Positions 30,896-37,245 of a DNA stretch of 37,245 bases are shown piece after piece. Origin of the DNA: Deltaproteobacteria bacterium. GTDB lineage: Bacteria > SAR324 > NAC60-12. Location: the NCBI GenBank assembly GCA_038150265.1, contig JAYOTF010000006.1:73222-110466 (forward strand). The letters are read 5' to 3'. The notes under the pieces are model-generated. The model was not told the origin of the DNA and made no database searches. It saw only the letters and a program-made list of their open reading frames with translations. The translations under genes were made by a program, and so were the position numbers. The first letter of the stretch is position 1, and every line of letters begins with the position of its first letter.

Positions 30896-30911
30896 TGGCA
30901 CTTTTATTGCT
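30896..30911 (+). promoter_or_regulatory. Consensus sigma-54 -24/-12 site, oriented opposite to rpoN
   Basis: TGGCAC-TTTTA-TTGCT (GG-N10-GC), 50 nt upstream of the rpoN start. Confidence 0.8.
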
Positions 30912-30935
30912 ATAAGCATTTCACTCAAATGTCAA
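30907..30935 (-). promoter_or_regulatory. Putative sigma70 promoter for rpoN
   Basis: Perfect TTGACA (30930-30935) on the minus strand, followed by an imperfect -10 region (TTATAGCAAT) that overlaps the sigma-54 site. Confidence 0.55.
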
Positions 30936-30948
30936 ACGCCTCTTGTGC

Positions 30949-31701
30949 CTACATGGAAAAATGACGGCCCAGGTAGACCTGGCGGGCCTGTTCATCTGCA
31001 GCCAGCTCCTGAGGCTTTCCCCCCACCAGCAAGTCTCCCTCGTTCATGATGTAGCCGTAATCAATGATGCCGAAGGTTTCCCGGACGTTGTGATCGGTGA
31101 TCAGCACCCCGATGTTTCGCTGTGCCAGCTGCCGGATGATTTCCTGAATGTCGGCAACGGCAATCGGGTCCACGCCCGCGAAGGGCTCGTCGAGGAGGAT
31201 GAACGACGGATCGAGCGCAAGGGCCCGAGCGATCTCGGCGCGGCGGCTTTCTCCTCCGGAGAGAGCATACCCCTTGATGCGCCGGACGTGGAGGATGCCC
31301 AGCTCTTCGAGGAGCTGCTCAAGCCGGGCTCGTTTCTGCTCACGCTTCAGGGGCAGGGGCTCCATGACCGCCCGGAGGTTGTCTTCCACCGAAAGCTTCC
31401 GGAAGATGGAACGCTCCTGGGGCAGGTAGCCGAGTCCGGAGCGGGCACGCCGGTGCATGGGGTGCCGAGTGATGTCATGCGGGCCGAGGGTGATGGTTCC
31501 GGAGTCAGGGCGGATGACGCCGGCAATCATGTAAAATGTGGTGGTCTTTCCGGCTCCATTGGGACCCAGGAGGCCGACGACCTGGCCGCGTTGGACCTGA
31601 ATGGAGACGCCCTTGACCGCATTGCGGCCGCGGTAGGACTTTTTCAGGCCTGTGGTCTGCAGGGTCTGAAGCTCAGAGGAGGCGCGAGATTCCGTTGACA
31701 T
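30949..31701 (-). CDS. lptB: LPS export ABC transporter ATP-binding protein (start at 31701 or 31731)
   Basis: GLLGPNGAGKTTTFYM, GYLPQERSIFRKL, LSGGESRRAEIARAL, LLDEPFAGVDPI, LITDHNVRET, VYLG. Directly upstream of rpoN. Confidence 0.96.
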   Translation of the reverse strand: MSTESRASSELQTLQTTGLKKSYRGRNAVKGVSIQVQRGQVVGLLGPNGAGKTTTFYMIAGVIRPDSGTITLGPHDITRHPMHRRARSGLGYLPQERSIFRKLSVEDNLRAVMEPLPLKREQKRARLEQLLEELGILHVRRIKGYALSGGESRRAEIARALALDPSFILLDEPFAGVDPIAVADIQEIIRQLAQRNIGVLITDHNVRETFGIIDYGYIMNEGDLLVGGKPQELAADEQARQVYLGRHFSM

Positions 31702-31723
31702 GGAAGGAAGATTGCTATAAATT
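31695..31723 (+). promoter_or_regulatory. Putative sigma70 promoter for the zinc-ribbon gene / ccmB
   Basis: TTGACA (31695-31700), 17-nt spacer, TAAATT (31718-31723). Overlaps the lptB start on the other strand. Confidence 0.6.
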
Positions 31724-31783
31724 TTTTGCATCTTTGTAATTCACTGTTCTCAAAAAATAAACTCTACCAGTAACAAGGAGAAG

Positions 31784-32113
31784 ATGCCAATTTATGAATA
31801 TGTTTGCCACACCTGCGGGCAGACGTTTGAAGAAATGCAGAAGTTCAGTGACGCGGCACTGACCGAATGTACCTGCGGGAAGCAAGGCGCTGTGGAGCGC
31901 AAGGTCTCCCGAAGCGCGTTCCACCTCAAGGGTGGAGGGTGGTACAAAGATGGATACGGAAGCTCCTCGGCTTCCAGTGATTCGGGCACAAAGAGCACCA
32001 GCTCAGCGACCACGAGTGAGGCGTCTGCTTCCGGAAGCACGACCAGCTCGACCGCTTCCGAAAAAAGCTCCTCTTCTGAGAAGAGCTCCAGTCCTGCCAC
32101 CAGCGCTGCCTAA
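31784..32113 (+). CDS. FmdB-family zinc ribbon protein (CxxC..CxC, Ser-rich tail)
   Basis: MPIYEYVCHTCGQTFE...LTECTCG...SAFHLKGGGWYKDGY followed by a Ser/Thr-rich tail. AAGGAG SD. Confidence 0.92.
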   Translation: MPIYEYVCHTCGQTFEEMQKFSDAALTECTCGKQGAVERKVSRSAFHLKGGGWYKDGYGSSSASSDSGTKSTSSATTSEASASGSTTSSTASEKSSSSEKSSSPATSAA

Positions 32114-32134
32114 TCTGAGCCAAGGTCGACCTGC

Positions 32135-32803
32135 ATGTTCCGTTTCATTGCCGTCCTCATGTGGAAGGACGTGCTGATCGACCTTCGGCGCAAGGAAAAC
32201 CTGATCTCCCTCCTGCTCTTTTCCCTCCTGACGCTGCTGATCTTCAACTTTGCTGCGGGTGATCCGCCTCGGTCGTTTCAACGGATCCTTCCCGGTCTGA
32301 TCTGGGTGGTCTTTTTGATGAGTGGCACACTGGCATTGGGGAAGTCCTTTGTTCAGGAAATGGAGACCGGGTGCATCAGCGAGCTCCTGCTTTCGCCGGT
32401 GGACCGCAGCATCCTCTTCCTTGGCAAAACTCTCGCCAATTTGCTCTTCCTGGTGGTGGCTCAAGCGATTTTCGTGGGACTGAGCCTGTTTTTCTTCTCC
32501 ATTCCCCTCAATTCGGTGGGACACCTGTTCCTCCTCCTCCTCGCTGGAGGCCTCGGATTCAGTGCACTGGGAACGGTCCTGACCGCGATGACTGCAGCCT
32601 TGCGGGGCCGAGAGGTGCTGCTGCCGATCCTGCTTTTTCCGCTGATGGTGCCTTCGGTCCTCAGCCTGGTGCACCTGAGCAGCTTTCTGTTCTTTGGCGA
32701 ATACGAGGCGGAAGTCGGCTCCTGGTGGAAGCTGCTGCTGGGGAACGACGCGCTGCTCCTGATTGCCTCCCTCCTGGGATTTGAACTGGTCGTTGAAGAG
32801 TAA
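32135..32803 (+). CDS. ccmB: Heme exporter permease CcmB
   Basis: WKDVLIDLR, FVQEMETG...LLLSPV..SILFLGK, REVLLPILLFPLMVP; about six TM segments. Confidence 0.9.
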   Translation: MFRFIAVLMWKDVLIDLRRKENLISLLLFSLLTLLIFNFAAGDPPRSFQRILPGLIWVVFLMSGTLALGKSFVQEMETGCISELLLSPVDRSILFLGKTLANLLFLVVAQAIFVGLSLFFFSIPLNSVGHLFLLLLAGGLGFSALGTVLTAMTAALRGREVLLPILLFPLMVPSVLSLVHLSSFLFFGEYEAEVGSWWKLLLGNDALLLIASLLGFELVVEE

Positions 32804-32853
32804 TTCGGCAGTTGCTTCTTTTTTTATTCAATAAAATTAGCTTCTTAATTTAT

Positions 32854-32875
32854 TTTTTGTGCAGATGCACAAAAA
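32854..32875. promoter_or_regulatory. Perfect palindrome, PhaR-operator-like
   Basis: TTTTTGTGCA-GA-TGCACAAAAA (10-2-10), core TGC-N4-GCA, just upstream of a predicted -35. Confidence 0.6.
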
Positions 32876-32879
32876 GTGC

Positions 32880-32908
32880 TTGTGTATTATGGGGCGCTGG
32901 AGCATTCT
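32880..32908 (+). promoter_or_regulatory. Putative sigma70 promoter for the phasin-like gene
   Basis: TTGTGT, 17-nt spacer, CATTCT, preceded by an A-tract and AT-rich region. Confidence 0.45.
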
Positions 32909-32947
32909 CTCAGGAACAAATGACTGGCACCCTATAAAGGAGCACCC

Positions 32948-33634
32948 ATGAACTACCAGGAAATGACCCAAAAGAGCATTGAATCCGGACTGCAGACTCA
33001 GCAAGCGTGGCTGAATCAAGCCGTGAATCAGTACATGAAATCCGTGGAATTCCGGCAGAACAGCTATGAGCAGATGCGGGATCAGGCGATGAAGATGCAA
33101 GCGCAGGTCAGCCAGCAGTGGGACCAGCAGCAGGCGCAGCTTCGCGATGCCGCATCAAACTGGATGGCTCAACTGGGCCTGAAGCGCATGCCTCAGCTGG
33201 AGTCGGTGGAGCAGGCCATGGAAGACGGCGTGTCTCGGATGACGGAGCAGGGTCGCAAGCTGCAGCAGACCGTTCTGAACCAGATTGATCAAGGTGTCTC
33301 TCACACCCTGCAGCTGGAGAAGCAAATGGTGGCCACGGTTCAGCAGGGCATGATGGAGCAGCTGGAGAAGTTCCAGGCGGGCTTCAATCAGGCCTCAGGC
33401 AAGCCCGCAGCTGCGGCAAAAGCGGCTGCTCCCGCCAAGCCGGCTCCGGTGAAAAAAGAAGCCGCTCCGGTCAAGAAGGAAGCGACTCCGGTCAAGAAAA
33501 CGGCTGCCCCGAAAGCGGCAGCGGCCAAGACTCCCGCCAAGCCTGCAGCCGCAGCGGCAGAGGCCCCCAAGAGCGCCCCGCAGGCGGCTCCGGCCAAACC
33601 GGCAGCGCCTCAGGCTCCGAAAGCGACTAAATAA
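32948..33634 (+). CDS. Phasin/PhaF-like protein: Q/M-rich helical N-terminus plus AKP-rich histone H1-like tail
   Basis: AAGGAG SD. Amphipathic Gln-rich helices, then KPAAAAKAAAPAKPAPVKKEAAPVKKEATPVKK... The function is inferred from architecture only. Confidence 0.6.
   Translation: MNYQEMTQKSIESGLQTQQAWLNQAVNQYMKSVEFRQNSYEQMRDQAMKMQAQVSQQWDQQQAQLRDAASNWMAQLGLKRMPQLESVEQAMEDGVSRMTEQGRKLQQTVLNQIDQGVSHTLQLEKQMVATVQQGMMEQLEKFQAGFNQASGKPAAAAKAAAPAKPAPVKKEAAPVKKEATPVKKTAAPKAAAAKTPAKPAAAAAEAPKSAPQAAPAKPAAPQAPKATK
33443..33505 (+). repeat. Three imperfect 21-bp tandem repeats encoding (A/T)PVKK(E/T)A
   Basis: gctccggtgaaaaaagaagcc / gctccggtcaagaaggaagcg / actccggtcaagaaaacggct. Confidence 0.8.
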
Positions 33635-33646
33635 TCAGGAGGCACA

Positions 33647-33841
33647 ATGGAAAACGGACGAATCACTCGGGACGACATCAACGAGGCCATGGCCCGCTTC
33701 TTTGAGAAGGGGGGCACCATCAACAAGATTGAGGCCCCCACGGCCAACACGGTTTTTGAGAGCTACGAAGACATGCTCCTCAATGACTATGAAGACAGCG
33801 ACGAGTTGAAGGGCTTCGCGAGCCTCGCTGAGCAAGCCTGA
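33647..33841 (+). CDS. Small protein with SutA-like RNA polymerase-binding motif and acidic tail
   Basis: Strong AGGAGG SD. RDDINEAMARFFEKGGTINKIE resembles the SutA core helix-GG-strand motif. C-terminus is D/E-rich. Confidence 0.7.
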   Translation: MENGRITRDDINEAMARFFEKGGTINKIEAPTANTVFESYEDMLLNDYEDSDELKGFASLAEQA

Positions 33842-33856
33842 GCCGTCCGTCCGACC

Positions 33857-33956
33857 ACGTGCTTGCTGAGCAGAGGAAGACTTCCCTGTTCCTCTGATTT
33901 TCAGCAGCACGTCGCCTCGCCTGGAAAGTTCCCCCCCTGTCTTTTCCAGGCGAGGC
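33857..33956. ncRNA. Candidate structured RNA: two adjacent long hairpins
   Basis: Hairpin 33857-33912 (ACGTGC/GCACGT, TGCTGA/TCAGCA, CAGAGGAA/TTCCTCTG) and hairpin 33914-33956 (GCCTCGCCTGGAAA/TTTCCAGGCGAGGC, 14 bp). Both have C-rich loops. Confidence 0.45.
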
Positions 33957-34109
33957 ACCTCCCCCTCTTACACTCCTCTTCCCCTTCACATCACCCCCCG
34001 CGTTCTCCCCACGACGCACCTGTTGGTGGACTCTGCCAGGGAGCCCGGCTGCTTCAGCGGAACCCATCGGTCCGCCTCTAAAGGCGTGCGGAACATTTGG
34101 AGGTGCCGG

Positions 34110-34136
34110 GCCCCGGTTGCGTTTGCCGAACCGAGG
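34110..34136 (-). terminator. Hairpin immediately after the fliQ stop
   Basis: Minus strand CCTCGGTT-N10-AACCGGGG. No clear U-tract. Confidence 0.35.
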
Positions 34137-34137
34137 G

Positions 34138-34410
34138 TCAGCCTCCGAGGTAGTTGGGAAAGTTCGTGAACACAGCCCCCATGTAGGCCGAAGCCTGGGC
34201 GAGCATCCACGGAAACAAGGCGGCAAGGACGCCAAGGATGGCAGCCATCTTGGGAATGATGGCCAGCGTCTGCTCTTGAATCTGGGTGACCGCCTGAAAG
34301 ATCGAGATCAACAGGCCCACGACCAGAGCTGACAGCAGCAGGGGCGCAGACAGCAAGGTGGTCATCCGAATGGCCTCCAGCATCATGGAGGTGACAAAGG
34401 CTTCAGTCAT
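34138..34410 (-). CDS. fliQ: Flagellar export gate protein FliQ
   Basis: VGLLISIFQAVTQIQEQTLAIIPK...PWML. Confidence 0.97.
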   Translation of the reverse strand: MTEAFVTSMMLEAIRMTTLLSAPLLLSALVVGLLISIFQAVTQIQEQTLAIIPKMAAILGVLAALFPWMLAQASAYMGAVFTNFPNYLGG

Positions 34411-34413
34411 ACG

Positions 34414-35184
34414 CTATCCGGAAATGCTACGGACCAGGGACCCGACAATGAGGTGCCACCCATCGACCAGCACAAACAGCATCAGCTTGAACGGTAGAGA
34501 GATCATGATGGGCGGCATCATCATCATGCCCATGGCCATGAGAACGGCGGAGACGACCATGTCAATGACCAGAAACGGCACATACAGCAAGAAGCCGATC
34601 TGAAACGCCGTCTTCAGCTCACTGATCATGAAAGCGGGAATGACCACCCAAACCGGGACATCGTCAATGGTGCGCGGACGTTCCAAACGAGCAATCCGGA
34701 CAAACAGGGCCAGGTCCTTCTCGCGGGTGTACTTCTGCATGTACCGCTTGATCGGCGCCACGGCTTTATCCAGGAACTCCTGCTGCGCAATCTGATCATT
34801 GAGGTAGGGCTGCAGGGCATCTCGGTTGACCTCCTCATAAACCGGCATCATCACGAACAGCGTCAGGAACAGGGACATGCCAATGATGATCTGGTTCGAG
34901 GGAACCTGCGGGGTTCCGATTGCCTGCCGGAGCAACGAGAGGACAATGGCAAAGCGGGTGAAGGAGGTGGTCATGATCAGCAACGCCGGAGCCAGCGTCA
35001 GGATCGTCAGGAGGAAGACGATCTGCAGAGACGTGGCCACCTGCTGAGGCGTGTCTGCCTGGTCGACCGAAATGTTGATGCCCGGGATGGGGGACTGTGC
35101 CCAGGCCCAGCCTGCCATGCTCAGAAGCATGCCAAGGAGCAGACCTCGTTTCAGGCCCGAAGGGGCAGGCATGGAGAGCTTCAC
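34414..35184 (-). CDS. fliP: Flagellar export gate protein FliP
   Basis: Signal peptide, then LIMTTSFTRFAIVLSLLRQAIG, PAFMISELKTAFQIGF, MGMMMMPP..ISLPFKLMLFVLVDGW. Confidence 0.98.
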   Translation of the reverse strand: MKLSMPAPSGLKRGLLLGMLLSMAGWAWAQSPIPGINISVDQADTPQQVATSLQIVFLLTILTLAPALLIMTTSFTRFAIVLSLLRQAIGTPQVPSNQIIIGMSLFLTLFVMMPVYEEVNRDALQPYLNDQIAQQEFLDKAVAPIKRYMQKYTREKDLALFVRIARLERPRTIDDVPVWVVIPAFMISELKTAFQIGFLLYVPFLVIDMVVSAVLMAMGMMMMPPIMISLPFKLMLFVLVDGWHLIVGSLVRSISG

Positions 35185-35187
35185 GGT

Positions 35188-36333
35188 CTAGCGGATCGGT
35201 TTAAGCGTACGGAAGCGGTCCAGGAATTTTTCGGCAGCATCACTCTTGGCCGGTGCTTCCTCAGCGGTGGCAAGCACCGCTTCCTGAACAGGAGGCTGGA
35301 CCGGGGTCTTGAAGCCAGGGCTAGCTGACGCAGGCTCGGCTGGACGTGCCGGAGGTTCTGGAGCGGCTGGCGCCTGAGCTGCGGCGGGTGCGTCCGGAGT
35401 GGCGACTGGCGGGGCTGCTTCAGTAGCAAGCGCCTGGGTGTGCTTCCGGGCGGCCTCCAGGGCCTTCAGGAACTCGGCCTTGGACTTCTCAAGGCTGGGG
35501 GGCTCTGCTTCCTGCTGGGCGGGCTTCAGGAACGATTGGTCATTCTCATCCTGCAGCACCGAAATCAGGTTGATCGAAGTGGGAGTGATGCCACACGCAA
35601 AGAGCTGACCGTTCATGTCCAGCACCACGACCTTCTGTTTGGGAGCCAGGTGGTAGGTCGAGGCGACCTTGATCTGCACACGGTTCTGAGGCGAGCGGAA
35701 GCGGGTCGACAGGAATTTGTTGTACGACCAGGCCAGGAGGTAGATGAGGAAGAGGATGAAGAGCAGGGCCAGGACCATCATCAGGAGGGTCGAGGTCCAG
35801 TTGTCGTCCGTGATCACCTCCGGAGCATTGTTGGCAACGGTGCCATCTTCTCGGGTGAAGGTACTCAGGAAGGGGTCGCCTGAGCGGATGCGCTCATCGA
35901 GTGCCTGAGTGAGGCCATCCACTTCCGGAGTTGGCTCCGTGGGCACCCCTTGCGGTCGTGCCAGCACCAGGGTGAGGCTTTTGGACGCAATGGTGATTTC
36001 CGGAGTCGGCAGGTTCGAAGACGAGGTCTTCAGAATGATGTCAACCAGGGTGCTGTCGTTGGAAGGCGAAACCCGGATGGCCCGAATCAGCGGATGCTGC
36101 TCAGGGCGGGTCATGTCCGGAACCCCTTCTCCCACGCGGGTTTGGGCAAAGCGCAGGGAAAGGTTGGACAGATCAAAATTGATGATCGGGTCCTCAATGA
36201 CTTCGTTGGAAAACTCGAGGACCAGCTGATCCTGCAACGAGTCGGTGCGCAACTCCATGCGGGTGAGGGTATTGGCGACCCCGAAGGCCGGGAGCCAACT
36301 CACCAAGAGCACAAGCAGGAGGAAACGCTTCAT
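35188..36333 (-). CDS. fliO: FliO with N-terminal periplasmic (AMIN-like) domain and Pro/Ala-rich tail
   Basis: Likely start MKRFLLL (36333) with signal peptide. Beta-rich region, one TM, FliO motif IKVASTYHLAPKQKVVVL..GITPTSINLI. Lies between fliN and fliP. Confidence 0.85.
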   Translation of the reverse strand: MKRFLLLVLLVSWLPAFGVANTLTRMELRTDSLQDQLVLEFSNEVIEDPIINFDLSNLSLRFAQTRVGEGVPDMTRPEQHPLIRAIRVSPSNDSTLVDIILKTSSSNLPTPEITIASKSLTLVLARPQGVPTEPTPEVDGLTQALDERIRSGDPFLSTFTREDGTVANNAPEVITDDNWTSTLLMMVLALLFILFLIYLLAWSYNKFLSTRFRSPQNRVQIKVASTYHLAPKQKVVVLDMNGQLFACGITPTSINLISVLQDENDQSFLKPAQQEAEPPSLEKSKAEFLKALEAARKHTQALATEAAPPVATPDAPAAAQAPAAPEPPARPAEPASASPGFKTPVQPPVQEAVLATAEEAPAKSDAAEKFLDRFRTLKPIR

Positions 36334-36343
36334 TGAGGTCCGT

Positions 36344-36784
36344 TTAAAGAGCAGCAAAGCGGTCGTCAGGGCTCACCACATCCGTGATCCGGACCGCAAA
36401 CTTTTCGTTGACCACAGCAATCTCTCCACGGGCCACCAGTTTGCCGTTGACCCGAATGTCGAGGGGTTGTCCCACGGAGCTCTGCAGTTCAATGATGGAC
36501 GCCTGATCCAGCTTGAGCAGGTCATCAATCACCATCTGGGTGCGTCCGACTTCGACGGTGATGTCGAGCATGACGTCGAGGAGGAAGTCAATGTCCACGT
36601 CCCCACTGAAGGACGCCGGAGACGCGCTGCCGCCTCTGCTGCGGGGCTCATCGTCGTCGTTGTCGTCGCTGTCGTCGTCACTGTCCGCCTGAGAGAGAAT
36701 CTGTTCCCGGTTGGCCTTTAGCTCGTTTTCGACATCCGACCAGTCGAGGTCATCCAGATTTTCTAAATTTTCTTCTTCTGCCAT
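36344..36784 (-). CDS. fliN: Flagellar motor switch protein FliN
   Basis: IDFLLDVMLDITVEVGRT...GQPLDIRVNGKLVARGEIAVVNEKFAVRITDV. Very acidic N-terminus. Confidence 0.96.
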   Translation of the reverse strand: MAEEENLENLDDLDWSDVENELKANREQILSQADSDDDSDDNDDDEPRSRGGSASPASFSGDVDIDFLLDVMLDITVEVGRTQMVIDDLLKLDQASIIELQSSVGQPLDIRVNGKLVARGEIAVVNEKFAVRITDVVSPDDRFAAL

Positions 36785-36813
36785 TGAATGCTACCACGCA
36801 AGGAGGAACAGAG

Positions 36814-37245
36814 TCACTGTCTGTAGAGTTCAAGGAACAGCACCCTCCGGACCGGCTCCAGGTCGTCCCAGGCCGGATTGTTCGGAAACAGAGAGTTGAT
36901 GCGATTCTGAAGGCTCGACCGGAGGCGATTGCGGTTCTTCAGGTCGTCAAACTGCTCAACGGTGATGGACTGAAGGTGGCTAATGACCATGTCTTTGACA
37001 ATGGGTAAGCGCGCATCCAGCCAGGACTTGGGAGCCGATTCCGCAAAGACGATCTGAATGCTCCCCTTGAGAAAGTACTTGTCCCCTGGCATGTTGACGA
37101 TGAACGTCCCCAGGTCCGTGTAGAGTGGCTTTTCAATCGGGGGAGGCCCCTCTCGAATTGCCGAGGGCGGAGGCTCCTGAGCAGGGCTCAGGCCACCTCC
37201 GGCCAGCAAGATGAGACAGGCGAGCCCGAGCCCACGATAGTGTCT
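36814..37245 (-). CDS. fliL: Flagellar basal body-associated FliL-family protein (5' end just outside the window)
   Basis: Frame is open to the window edge (RHYRGLGLACLILLAGGGLSPAQE...). Motifs YTDLGTFIVN, LPIVKDMVISHLQS, LQNRINSL, VRRVLF. Confidence 0.85.
   Translation of the reverse strand, partial: RHYRGLGLACLILLAGGGLSPAQEPPPSAIREGPPPIEKPLYTDLGTFIVNMPGDKYFLKGSIQIVFAESAPKSWLDARLPIVKDMVISHLQSITVEQFDDLKNRNRLRSSLQNRINSLFPNNPAWDDLEPVRRVLFLELYRQ

Noticed and set aside
33842..34137. tRNA, SRP RNA, 6S RNA or CRISPR array in this intergenic region
   Set aside because: No cloverleaf/TpsiC motif, no SRP domain IV motif, no end-to-end rod recognised and no spaced direct repeats. Kept only as an unclassified structured RNA candidate.
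33780..34235. ORFs in the SutA-like/fliQ intergenic region (151, 72 and 74 aa)
   Set aside because: They overlap real genes or hairpins, have Pro/Arg/Gly-rich non-coding-like composition, and lack credible SDs.
36645..36685. (GTC/GAC)n trinucleotide-like repeat as a phase-variation tract
   Set aside because: Imperfect and in frame; it simply encodes the poly-Asp linker of FliN.

Overview
GC-rich bacterial chromosome segment. The gene content and protein style look deltaproteobacterial-like, possibly SAR324, but that is inference only. Left to right: (1) the 5' part of rpoB on the minus strand, missed by the ORF track, with its own long leader and no rplKAJL upstream. (2) A divergent chemosensory cluster: cheY, a DUF3334/CheX-like gene, a large Cache MCP, a receiver-adenylate cyclase, a sensor histidine kinase, then cheA-cheW-mcp-mcp-cheR-cheD-cheB. 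(3) A minus-strand block, read in transcription order: lptB-rpoN-pspA-aminotransferase-xdhC-uppP-active HtrA/Deg protease-inactive paralogue-polyprenyl synthase, then an orphan ORF. (4) A plus-strand FmdB-type zinc ribbon gene and ccmB. (5) A phasin/PhaF-like gene preceded by a PhaR-box-like palindrome, coupled to a small SutA-like protein and followed by a structured intergenic region. (6) The end of a flagellar operon, fliL-fliN-fliO-fliP-fliQ, without fliM or fliR. I saw no mobile elements, CRISPR arrays, rRNA or tRNA genes. Best novelty candidates: the phasin + SutA-like + structured RNA module; the kinase/REC-cyclase module inside the che operon; and two HAMP-less chemoreceptors with symmetric 21-aa coiled-coil insertions and a non-canonical signalling tip.
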